From the IMG/VR virus record IMGVR_UViG_3300031418_000024: a stretch of DNA of 45,568 nucleotides. One strand, given 5' to 3'. Position 1 is the stretch's first letter. The number at the start of each line of letters is the position of its first letter. The translations under genes and the position numbers were made by a program. The DNA comes from a virus. This document shows positions 35,079 to 42,675 of this stretch, piece after piece. Below the pieces are notes generated by a model. The model saw only the letters and a program-made list of their open reading frames with translations, was not told where the DNA came from and made no database searches.

Positions 35079-35469
35079 GGCTGATTTTCCACTGGGTAAG
35101 TTGGTTGAAGAATGCATTATCATCTGCCGGAATGAAGCAGTGACCATACTGTTTTTCCTGCATCGCTTTCGCTTCGGCACTATGGCCGGTGCCGATCAGG
35201 ATAGAGTCAACACGCTCACCGAACTCACCACACAAGGCAATAGCGCCCATGTGAACCATGATCGGGTCGTGCTCTTTATTCACGTAAGCCCCGGCCAGCA
35301 AAGCGTCAATACTGCTGGAGCTAAGCGCTGAGGTGATCTCGCTGAAAATGACCTCATTGCAGTCAACGAAAATCACGTTTTTATCCGTGGTAGCCTGTTC
35401 CTGATGAATCAGTTCGATCAGGTCTAACAGGTTCCCGATAACCAGTTTGCTTTCGTTAAATTGCGGCAT
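35065..35469 (-). CDS. Hypothetical protein (134 aa)
   Basis: ATG at 35469 preceded by agagg. Confidence 0.5.
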   Translation of the reverse strand: MPQFNESKLVIGNLLDLIELIHQEQATTDKNVIFVDCNEVIFSEITSALSSSSIDALLAGAYVNKEHDPIMVHMGAIALCGEFGERVDSILIGTGHSAEAKAMQEKQYGHCFIPADDNAFFNQLTQWKISHVLN

Positions 35470-35477
35470 AAATACCT

Positions 35478-35864
35478 CTATTTGTTTTCGCAACCGGCCA
35501 TGAATACGGCAGCGGCGCGGGTGACATCAACGACACCCAGCACCTGCTGGGCGACCTGCATTTTGTTATGAGCCAGGATGATGTGCTTATCGGCGTCATC
35601 CAGCTTAACGAACTTTGAAGCGGTACAGACGTCGCGGCCCATGTCGTAATAGGTGCCGAATACATCAGAGTAAGCGGAAACCAGACCGGAAGCAGCGGCT
35701 GCCGTTTCCGGGTTGTTCAGGTTAGCGCCAGATTTAGTCAGGACAGACACGACCTCAGCACCGGATGCATCAGCAACGACAGACTCGCGGGATGCGTGAG
35801 CGTCAACGATGGACGAAGCGGCGATGATGAGAGTAATTGCCAGGATGCCGGTGATGCGTTTCAT
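35478..35864 (-). CDS. Secreted (periplasmic) protein of unknown function
   Basis: Signal peptide MKRITGILAITLIIAASSIVDAHA; own conserved promoter. Confidence 0.6.
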   Translation of the reverse strand: MKRITGILAITLIIAASSIVDAHASRESVVADASGAEVVSVLTKSGANLNNPETAAAASGLVSAYSDVFGTYYDMGRDVCTASKFVKLDDADKHIILAHNKMQVAQQVLGVVDVTRAAAVFMAGCENK

Positions 35865-35908
35865 TGTCTGTCCTCATTAGGTGGGCGGCCATTCCGCCCT
35901 TGAGATGA

Positions 35909-35937
35909 ATATTACGACAGCATAATATTATGGGCAA
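35909..35937 (-). promoter_or_regulatory. Early-promoter family member TTGCCC-17-TAATAT (minus strand); a mirror TTGAGA-17-TAATAT lies on the plus strand at 35900-35928
   Basis: About 70 nt homologous to the promoter at 37443-37471, including an upstream A/T block; hexamers read on both strands. Confidence 0.55.
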
Positions 35938-36036
35938 GCTATTTCTTAACTTTCCGTCGAATATTTTTAGGTGGCTTAGGTCGGGGCGGCCCGCAGGCCA
36001 CCGCACGCAGCTCCTTAAGCCAGTCCGGCACCGGGT

Positions 36037-36438
36037 TTACTGGCTGACGATCACACATGATTTTGCCGTCCGTAATGAGTACCGGCTGACGAGATACCAC
36101 GCCAGGTCATAGGTGATGCGCCCGTGCTTCTTCTTGCTCCATGACATCAGCATCTGAGCGCGGATCCCGAGCTGGGTCAGGCGAAGCAGCCAGGCAAAAG
36201 CAAGGGTCGCCGCTGACGTGCCAATGATGAGCATAGCCCAGGCGAATAGCATGGATGCATGGTCCGGCATGAAGCTGGCATCTTCGGACGCGATGTCGTA
36301 CAGGATAAATATCACTGTCATGGCGGGCCATACCACCAGGAACCACGGTGAGCCGATGAATAGAGGGTCGCGGGAACGGGTGAATGCGTAGTACAGGACA
36401 GCGGCGGCGAGGATTACCAGATAGACTGAGTTAGGCAT
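36037..36438 (-). CDS. Integral membrane protein (about 4 transmembrane segments)
   Basis: Start moved to ATG 36438 (GGAG 9 nt upstream); hydrophobic segments throughout. Confidence 0.55.
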   Translation of the reverse strand: MPNSVYLVILAAAVLYYAFTRSRDPLFIGSPWFLVVWPAMTVIFILYDIASEDASFMPDHASMLFAWAMLIIGTSAATLAFAWLLRLTQLGIRAQMLMSWSKKKHGRITYDLAWYLVSRYSLRTAKSCVIVSQ

Positions 36439-36494
36439 ATTTTGTTGCTCCATTTCATTTTGCTAAGGCCCGCCGTAGCGGGCGGTTGATGTTA

Positions 36495-37397
36495 TTACCA
36501 GCCCACTGACACGCCAGCGTTATAGCCGGTGCCGTGCTGAGTATCGGTGCCTACTGCAGCCTTGACCACCACGGTCTGGCTAACGCGTGCGCTGAATCCT
36601 ACCGCCAGCGCCTGCTCACCCTCATATCCACCGGTTGCAGCGCCAAGAGCAAAGGTCTGGCTCTCCAGCACCTGTGGGATTCCTGCAGCAGCCAGGGCTG
36701 TTGATGTGCCCGCATTCGCCTTCTTGTGGTTCTCATCGATCTGTTTACCCAGGCTGGCGAACTTGCCGTTATTTCGGGCATTCATATCGCTGATCGCCTT
36801 ATCGGTGCTGTCTGCCCGCGAGGCCATGCTCTGATTGACTTTAGCCTGATCTGCTTTCCCGCTCTGGATGCGTGAATCAAGGTCCGCCGCTGTCTCTTTC
36901 AGCGCTGCATCCTGCCGAACCTGGTCAGCGCTGAACGTGTCGTTACCCACCTTTCCGGCCAGCTTTGACTCAGTGTCAGCGTGGAGCTGGGCAACCAGCC
37001 GATCCTGCGAGCGATCAGTGATGGCCTGGTCCGCCTTATTGGCGCGCACTTCACCCTCCAGCGCCTTACCGGCTGATTCAGTGTATTTGGTCTGGATCTC
37101 GTTCCACTGCGTCTGTTCTTCCTTCCAGGCTCGGTTGCGTTCGGCGTCCAGCGCTGCAGACTGCTTCTGGATGTCAGCGGTGTTCTTCTGGATCACGCTG
37201 GTCTGTTCACGGTTGACGTTGTCAATGCGCAGGATGTCGGAGCCGATTCCGGAGATCTGGCCGGACTGCTGCATGATGGCGGTTTCAACACTGCCACCAT
37301 TCGACAGGCCCACCAGTTTTGCCGGGATGACAGTTGCGTGCGCACTGATGCATGACATGGCGACAGCAGCGGCGAGAATTGAGAGTGTGCGTTTCAT
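36495..37397 (-). CDS. Trimeric-autotransporter-like outer-membrane protein (signal peptide, coiled-coil stalk, YadA-type C-terminal anchor)
   Basis: Signal peptide ...CISAHA, a long Ala/Gln/Asp/Lys-rich stalk, and C-terminus ANAGTSTALAAAGIPQ...ALGAATGGYEGEQALAVGFSARVS...GYNAGVSVGW. Confidence 0.65.
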   Translation of the reverse strand: MKRTLSILAAAVAMSCISAHATVIPAKLVGLSNGGSVETAIMQQSGQISGIGSDILRIDNVNREQTSVIQKNTADIQKQSAALDAERNRAWKEEQTQWNEIQTKYTESAGKALEGEVRANKADQAITDRSQDRLVAQLHADTESKLAGKVGNDTFSADQVRQDAALKETAADLDSRIQSGKADQAKVNQSMASRADSTDKAISDMNARNNGKFASLGKQIDENHKKANAGTSTALAAAGIPQVLESQTFALGAATGGYEGEQALAVGFSARVSQTVVVKAAVGTDTQHGTGYNAGVSVGW

Positions 37398-37442
37398 GGT
37401 TAATTCCTGTTGGTTGATGCCCGCCTCCGGGCTGGTGAGGTG

Positions 37443-37471
37443 ATACTACGCATTCATAATATTATGCGCAA
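37443..37471 (-). promoter_or_regulatory. Early-promoter family member TTGCGC-17-TAGTAT (minus strand) driving the autotransporter-like gene
   Basis: TTGCSCATAATATTATG-N4-CGTARTAT is shared with 35909-35937; a GC hairpin lies in the 5' UTR. Confidence 0.55.
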
Positions 37472-37483
37472 GTAATATTTACA

Positions 37484-37717
37484 TCATCGGTTGAATATTT
37501 TTATCGGGCTGTCCGTTGGCACCGATGGCCGGAACATCCGCAGCTCTGCATCAGTCAGCCAGAGCTGAATCACCGTAGCGCTGACTACCTTCCACGTCTC
37601 GACAGTGCAGCGCCTGCCGTAATATTCGATCAGGTCGCCACTGGTCAGTAAAACTGCTGGAATATCTCTTCCGACTGACATAGGGTTAACCCCGCATTGT
37701 GTAGCCATGGACGGCAC
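37484..37717 (-). CDS. Hypothetical protein (77 aa, GTG start)
   Basis: aaggag 7 nt upstream of GTG 37717. Confidence 0.45.
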   Translation of the reverse strand: MPSMATQCGVNPMSVGRDIPAVLLTSGDLIEYYGRRCTVETWKVVSATVIQLWLTDAELRMFRPSVPTDSPIKIFNR

Positions 37718-37720
37718 CCC

Positions 37721-38104
37721 CTACTCTCCTTCCCTCATCATGAGGAAGACAGACATAGCGGCTCGCAGTGCGCCACGACTGGATGAATCAACGCCGCTAT
37801 TCGAACGGTAGATTTTAAACCCACCATCAAACTTATCATCATAAACAAGCGAGCTTGCATCCCACCTGATTATGGCGTTGCTTAGCGAAATCTTGTTTTC
37901 GATAATAATCGGCCCGGCATCAGCCCATGAGTTGCATGGGTCGAACTCTTTCCAGCCAAGACATAGAGCACCAAATTCACCTACCGGCTCACCATACTCA
38001 TGGATGAATGTCAGCCCTCTGGCTTTGGTATAATCACCAAACTTCTGAGTTGACTCCGCAATCATGCCGTTAATCTCGAAATCGCTCATTTCTGCGTAAT
38101 TCAT
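37721..38104 (-). CDS. NinX/DUF2591-like protein
   Basis: MNYAEMSDFEINGMIAE ... DPCNSWADAGPIIIENKISL resembles the NinX-type family as I recall it. Confidence 0.5.
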   Translation of the reverse strand: MNYAEMSDFEINGMIAESTQKFGDYTKARGLTFIHEYGEPVGEFGALCLGWKEFDPCNSWADAGPIIIENKISLSNAIIRWDASSLVYDDKFDGGFKIYRSNSGVDSSSRGALRAAMSVFLMMREGE

Positions 38105-38274
38105 TTCATCAGCCCCGACTCTTTTAGCGATGCAATTTTGTCCTCGCGCTTCATCACAGCCTCTTTCACCGTGCCAGCGTACCCTGCGTAATACTTCCGG
38201 CCATTGGCATGTACATATGCCTCATAGCCACCGGTTGACCGCTTATGGTGGATGCCTTTCGGTAGGCCAATCAT
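38101..38274 (-). CDS. 57-aa AP2-like DNA-binding protein candidate (absent from the ORF track)
   Basis: MIGLPKGIHHKRSTGGYEAYVHANGRKYYAGYAGTVKEAVMKRED...; ATGA overlaps at both ends couple it to its neighbours. Confidence 0.45.
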   Translation of the reverse strand: MIGLPKGIHHKRSTGGYEAYVHANGRKYYAGYAGTVKEAVMKREDKIASLKESGLMK

Positions 38275-38570
38275 TCGCTACCCTCCAGACGGTCAAGGCG
38301 TTCAATCTCAGCAACCAGAAGAGCGGCGGCGCGGACCAAATCCTGACGTGGTGACTTTGGTTTGAACCACTCCTTATCCCACGGCCAGAATCCTGGTAGT
38401 TCCTTCATATTTTCACCAGTAAGCTGTGTAACAACGGATGATACTGCATAGCTGGCCCCGGCCACTGCGATCTGGCCGGCAAGGTAGTGGTCATCACGCT
38501 CTGGGGTCCATTCTTCGACCTCAACCTGGCGCTGGCGCTCTGCCTTAACATCATCAAGTGCTTTACTCAT
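38271..38570 (-). CDS. Hypothetical protein (99 aa; start at ATG 38570)
   Basis: RBS caggaaag; the longer ORF extends into the promoter region. Confidence 0.5.
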   Translation of the reverse strand: MSKALDDVKAERQRQVEVEEWTPERDDHYLAGQIAVAGASYAVSSVVTQLTGENMKELPGFWPWDKEWFKPKSPRQDLVRAAALLVAEIERLDRLEGSE

Positions 38571-38611
38571 AGTTTCACTTTCCTGTATTGTGTTGCGTTG
38601 TCGAAGCGTCG

Positions 38612-38620
38612 AATATATCA
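38612..38620 (-). promoter_or_regulatory. Candidate leftward early promoter, extended -10 TGaTATATT, flanked by three TTCGAC repeats
   Basis: Read on the minus strand in the divergent control region; the -35 element is poor. Confidence 0.35.
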
Positions 38621-38715
38621 CAAGTTTCGTCGAATAAAAGCATGGCAAATAAAAATCATCCGATGAGCCACCGTCACATTCCCCGCAAGCCCTGCTATCT
38701 CTGACCTGATTACCC

Positions 38716-38744
38716 TTGCAAATATATTACGCACGTATTATATT
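38716..38744 (+). promoter_or_regulatory. Early-promoter family member TTGCAA-17-TATATT driving the primase/helicase gene
   Basis: Near-identical to 28787-28815. Confidence 0.55.
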
Positions 38745-38803
38745 GCCACCCATCAGGCGTCGAATCCTTATTGCCTTATTCCAGATGTGAGGAATGTTAA
38801 ATA

Positions 38804-41515
38804 ATGTCCAGCAACAAAATTCACGAATTTGCATTACCGAACGGCACACCAGCAGCCCCGCTGACCTGGGCGCATGGCCGCAAGGCGTTCAGTAATAAAT
38901 ATCAGAAACTGGTTCCGCAGCCTGAGTACCTTCCGCGCGATCACATGGAAGCCAGGGAACTGGCCCAGCTCGCAAAATGGCTGCCTTCGAACATATCTAT
39001 CCCGGCAGGCACGGACAAAGATCAGCGCGACCAGCTGAAGGCTGCGATCCCGCTCTGGTTCCCTGGCGGACTGAAGAAGAAAGGCGCAGATGGTGGTGAT
39101 AGCTGTCGCCGCCGCGCTGTGAATATGGCCCCCACAAAGCTGGTTGTATTCGACCTGGACGAGTGCAGCCCTGAAGCCTACAACGTCCTGACAATGGCCG
39201 TGCTGAACGGTTACAGCGCCATCAGCTACACCACGCCCAGCGACACACCAGAGGCCCGACGTGTCCGCCTGGTGATCGAGCTGGACCGTCATGTCCTGTC
39301 CGGGAAGGATGGCAAGGGGCTGGCCTCATCCCTGGTGATGCAGGAGCTGATGGAGTCGTGCAACGCCGAACCGGTGGCAGAAGAGCGCGGCGTATGGTTG
39401 CTGGCCGGGAAACGCGTGGCGTTCGACATGTCCGTTCACGACGCGGAGCAGTACCTGATCAGGCCGCACAAAGAATCTGAGGTGAATCTCTACCATGGTG
39501 ACCCTGTCAACCTGGACAGACTCGCCACCACCCAGTGGCAGCCAGAGGTGGCGGCGTGGGGAATCACCGGCAAGAAAGACAGCAGCGAGAAGGATGCCCG
39601 AGAGTACAGCCCGGAAGAGTGGGACAAGCTGGCGTCAGGAGCCAAAGATCTGGTAAGCCTGGCCGGTGAACGCGGCTGGGTGCAGGTCAATGACTCAACC
39701 ATCAACATCATCTGTCCGAACTGCAACGCGCACAGCAACCCGAACGAACCGGCAACCGGTGGCACAGTGATCAAGCTCCCGTCCGGCAGCAACCCGGAAC
39801 CGCGCTTCGTGTGCTCGCACAGTCACTGTCGCGATCTGAGCCGGAACCAGGCGCTGGCTTTCATCCTGATGCGCGCCCCCGGCGAGTGCGTGCCGGAGAT
39901 CAACAAAGTCCTGAGTGCTGACGAGATCCAGTCTATCGCCACCGGCATCACGCGGGAGCAGGCTGAGTACGCCAGCAACGGGATGGACTACCTGCGCGAA
40001 TGGCAGCGCCAGGGCGGCGTCAATGGTGAACTGACCATCCGCCAGATTAAGGACCGCAGGAAGTCGCTGGAGATGGACGACGACTACCTGAAATCGTTGC
40101 TCTCAGATGCGGCTGAATTCACCTATGACGGTCCGTCATTCGATGAGTATGGCGACGAGATCGAGCCAGAGATGACACCGGATGAAATGGAGCAAAAGCC
40201 GGATGATTATCACGATGAGCCAGAGGGTGAAGATGATACACCGCGTTTAACGGGCCTCAGCGCCATCGTGGCGGCCTCAAAGGCTAACGTTGAGCCTCCG
40301 GCATGGGTTATTGACCAGCTCGTCCCTACGCGCTCTGTAGGCTTTATTTACGGGGCATCCGGAACGAAGAAAACATTTGTCGCTCTGCACGCTGCTCTCT
40401 GCGTTGCTCAGGGCGTCCATTTCCTGGGCCTGGGTGTTCGTCCGGGTCACGTGTTTTACTTCAGCCCGGAAGACTTCGACGGCGTTGCAGAGCGTTATGC
40501 CGGATGGCGCGAGAAGTACAACAGCGGCAAGGTGCTCGAATCGTTCCACCTGACCCACCACCGCCTGCCCCTGGAGGACCACGACAAGATGCGCACACTG
40601 GCAGCAGGCTGGGTGCACAGCAACCCTGATGACCAGATAGGCCTGATCATCGTTGACACCCTGTCCAGTAACAACGCAGGCGCTAAGTCCGAGATGAACG
40701 AGAACGACAACAACCAGATGGCAAAGGTCATGGCAGGCGGCGAACTCCTGGCCCGTGCACTCAACTGCGCAGTGGTCATCCTGCACCACACCGGCAAGCC
40801 GAACCCGAACGATAAGTTCGAAAAGACCAGCATTCCCGATCCACGGGGAGCTTCAGCGCTGAAGAACAACGCCGGGTTCGCAATCTACATGAAGGCCGTC
40901 GCCCGCAGTCATGACGTCTCGCTTCACGTGAAGAAAGCGAAGGGTGTAGCAGCATTGCCGCCGCGCAGGCTTAAAACCGAATCAGTCCGCTTACCCGAGC
41001 GTATCGTTGAGGCCAAACGCAAAGCGGTGCAGGATCTGGTGCCGGTCCCGGAATCTGTCTCATCGAACCCGAACGCCTGGCAGCGCAGCGACAGCGCATT
41101 TACCCTGGCAATCATCAACGAGGTCTACCCGATGGAGACCGCCACCGCAGCAGAGCCAGAGGAAAGCCCCACCATGCAGCTGGCGAAATTCATCACCGGC
41201 CTGCTCTCCACCCACGGCAAGGATGGCCGGATGCTGAAGTCCGAGCTGCGCAACATGGCGAAGGAAACACGGCCGGAGGTATTCACCGACAAGAGCACCA
41301 AAGACAACGGCGGCAAGCGTGACCGGTCCGGCACCAACAACTTCAACAACGCCTATTCGACGGCATTGCGTGAGGCGCTGATTTCGGAAGGAGCTGGTGA
41401 CCTGGTCATCATCGGCGCAGCAGCCGCAAGACTGAAACCAATACGGGAAGAAAAGCCCCTGCCAACGGACTGGCATTTCACCGACGAGAACCAGGGTGAC
41501 GAGGAGGATTTTTAA
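38804..41515 (+). CDS. DNA primase/helicase (N-terminal primase-polymerase-like region, zinc-binding segment, C-terminal RecA-fold RepA/DnaB-like ATPase)
   Basis: CPNC...CSHSHC zinc motif; Walker A GASGTKKT; DTLSS and HHTGK helicase-type motifs; 903 aa. Confidence 0.8.
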   Translation: MSSNKIHEFALPNGTPAAPLTWAHGRKAFSNKYQKLVPQPEYLPRDHMEARELAQLAKWLPSNISIPAGTDKDQRDQLKAAIPLWFPGGLKKKGADGGDSCRRRAVNMAPTKLVVFDLDECSPEAYNVLTMAVLNGYSAISYTTPSDTPEARRVRLVIELDRHVLSGKDGKGLASSLVMQELMESCNAEPVAEERGVWLLAGKRVAFDMSVHDAEQYLIRPHKESEVNLYHGDPVNLDRLATTQWQPEVAAWGITGKKDSSEKDAREYSPEEWDKLASGAKDLVSLAGERGWVQVNDSTINIICPNCNAHSNPNEPATGGTVIKLPSGSNPEPRFVCSHSHCRDLSRNQALAFILMRAPGECVPEINKVLSADEIQSIATGITREQAEYASNGMDYLREWQRQGGVNGELTIRQIKDRRKSLEMDDDYLKSLLSDAAEFTYDGPSFDEYGDEIEPEMTPDEMEQKPDDYHDEPEGEDDTPRLTGLSAIVAASKANVEPPAWVIDQLVPTRSVGFIYGASGTKKTFVALHAALCVAQGVHFLGLGVRPGHVFYFSPEDFDGVAERYAGWREKYNSGKVLESFHLTHHRLPLEDHDKMRTLAAGWVHSNPDDQIGLIIVDTLSSNNAGAKSEMNENDNNQMAKVMAGGELLARALNCAVVILHHTGKPNPNDKFEKTSIPDPRGASALKNNAGFAIYMKAVARSHDVSLHVKKAKGVAALPPRRLKTESVRLPERIVEAKRKAVQDLVPVPESVSSNPNAWQRSDSAFTLAIINEVYPMETATAAEPEESPTMQLAKFITGLLSTHGKDGRMLKSELRNMAKETRPEVFTDKSTKDNGGKRDRSGTNNFNNAYSTALREALISEGAGDLVIIGAAAARLKPIREEKPLPTDWHFTDENQGDEEDF

Positions 41516-41534
41516 CTCTCAATCAGACCACTTA

Positions 41535-41655
41535 CTGGGATGGATTATTTGTTGTATATCCCTATAGGGATATATACAACAATAATCCATCCCTAAGTAC
41601 TGTGGTTACTGGGTTTTTACAACTTGTGGATTATTTCCCGATAATCCATTTTTAT
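41535..41655. repeat. Structured 121-bp element, copy B (57-bp quasi-palindrome 41537-41593 plus 24-bp palindrome 41626-41649), inverted relative to 2173-2293
   Basis: 107/121 identity with the reverse complement of copy A; the T41552:A41579 stem pair replaces G:C of copy A. Confidence 0.9.
41626..41655 (+). terminator. Candidate intrinsic terminator of the primase operon (GTGGATTAT-N6-ATAATCCAT followed by TTTTTAT)
   Basis: Hairpin plus U-tract on the plus strand, downstream of the stop at 41515. Confidence 0.45.
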
Positions 41656-41658
41656 AAC

Positions 41659-41688
41659 TTGCGCATCATGACCTTTCGGGGCCATAAT
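41659..41688 (+). promoter_or_regulatory. Sigma70-like promoter TTGCGC-18-CATAAT upstream of the packaging-module genes
   Basis: Hexamers read directly; CGTCGAA follows the -10 immediately. Confidence 0.4.
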
Positions 41689-41716
41689 CGTCGAACAATT
41701 ACAGCAGGAGTTAACC

Positions 41717-41911
41717 ATGGAAATACTCGTTTTAGTCATTAGCGATAACGGCACGAAAAACATCACCGAACTCGAAGTCGGGAAGGATGTCACCATCCAG
41801 GAGGACCACCTGGGCGTCGATATCAGCTGGGCAGATCGCAGTGAGCACTTCACCGGCAAGATGGTGCAGGTCTACACGCGGCACGCAACGATTGTCGTCT
41901 GGCGCAGATGA
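41717..41911 (+). CDS. Hypothetical protein (64 aa)
   Basis: Strong RBS aggag. Confidence 0.5.
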   Translation: MEILVLVISDNGTKNITELEVGKDVTIQEDHLGVDISWADRSEHFTGKMVQVYTRHATIVVWRR

Positions 41912-42018
41912 TTGAGGGAGAGAGGGGGGGTATATCATCGAATCTTTCCCCACTCCCCAAAGTCTTGATAGCCTGAAATAGTCAATAATCCCTATCTCAA
42001 ATGTGAGGAATTAACCAA

Positions 42019-42675
42019 ATGAGCAACCACCAAACCCATCTGGACGCCGCTAAGCAAGTCTGTCTCACCGCTCTGCATCACCTCGAACACGGCTGCGTCG
42101 TCGCTGTTAAGCAGCATTCTGGCTCTGTGGTCGATGAGCCTGGCGAGGCTGCGCGCATCATCCTGACGCTGGAGCTTGAGGCGCTGGATCTGCCTGCGAC
42201 CAATAACGACCACCAGAATGAAGGGACCGATATCCCACCAATCTATCTTGAGGGTTACCTTCTTGAGATGGCTAAACGCCGCGTTATGGATGATGTCATG
42301 GGGGCAAACCCGATATTTATGGGCGGGCGACCTATGCCCGAAGAGGCATTTGCCAGAAGAGATGATCTCGGTAAGAATTTCGGACCTAAGCCCATCACTG
42401 AGGACTGGTTCAAGAATGGGGGCAGGGCTGGCAGGCTGGCAACGGGAGAGGATAGCGGCGGGGAATCATTGCACGTCGTTAAGGATTCAGAAGGAGAGGG
42501 GGGGATGGTTATGGGTCCGCTTGAGTTTGGGGTGGTGAAGGTTCCTGCCCTCACCCGCGAAACTCTGACTACCATCGTCTACAGCGCTGGTTTGGGGCTG
42601 TTAACCAGTAAGCTGGACGCGATGATTGATAAAATCATGGAAGCTCAGCACAATGCACGTTGGGGTGATGAATGA
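42019..42675 (+). CDS. Hypothetical protein (218 aa)
   Basis: RBS gagga; no recognisable motif. Confidence 0.5.
   Translation: MSNHQTHLDAAKQVCLTALHHLEHGCVVAVKQHSGSVVDEPGEAARIILTLELEALDLPATNNDHQNEGTDIPPIYLEGYLLEMAKRRVMDDVMGANPIFMGGRPMPEEAFARRDDLGKNFGPKPITEDWFKNGGRAGRLATGEDSGGESLHVVKDSEGEGGMVMGPLEFGVVKVPALTRETLTTIVYSAGLGLLTSKLDAMIDKIMEAQHNARWGDE

Noticed and set aside
35930-36112. A 60-aa plus-strand ORF downstream of the plus-strand reading of the palindromic promoter.
   Set aside because: It has no RBS, an Arg-rich low-quality translation, and overlaps the 3' end of the membrane-protein gene in antisense. If transcribed, it is more likely non-coding.
38130-38354. A 74-aa plus-strand ORF in the track.
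   Set aside because: It is antisense to the tightly coupled AP2-like ORF and its neighbour, and has no RBS.
41913-41962. A purine-run/pyrimidine-run pair (GAGGGAGAGAGGGGGGG ... CTTTCCCCACTCCCC) after ORF 41717-41911, considered as a terminator or triplex-forming element.
   Set aside because: Pairing is interrupted (only GGGAG/CTCCC and GGGG/CCCC blocks) and there is no U-tract. I could not support a specific function.
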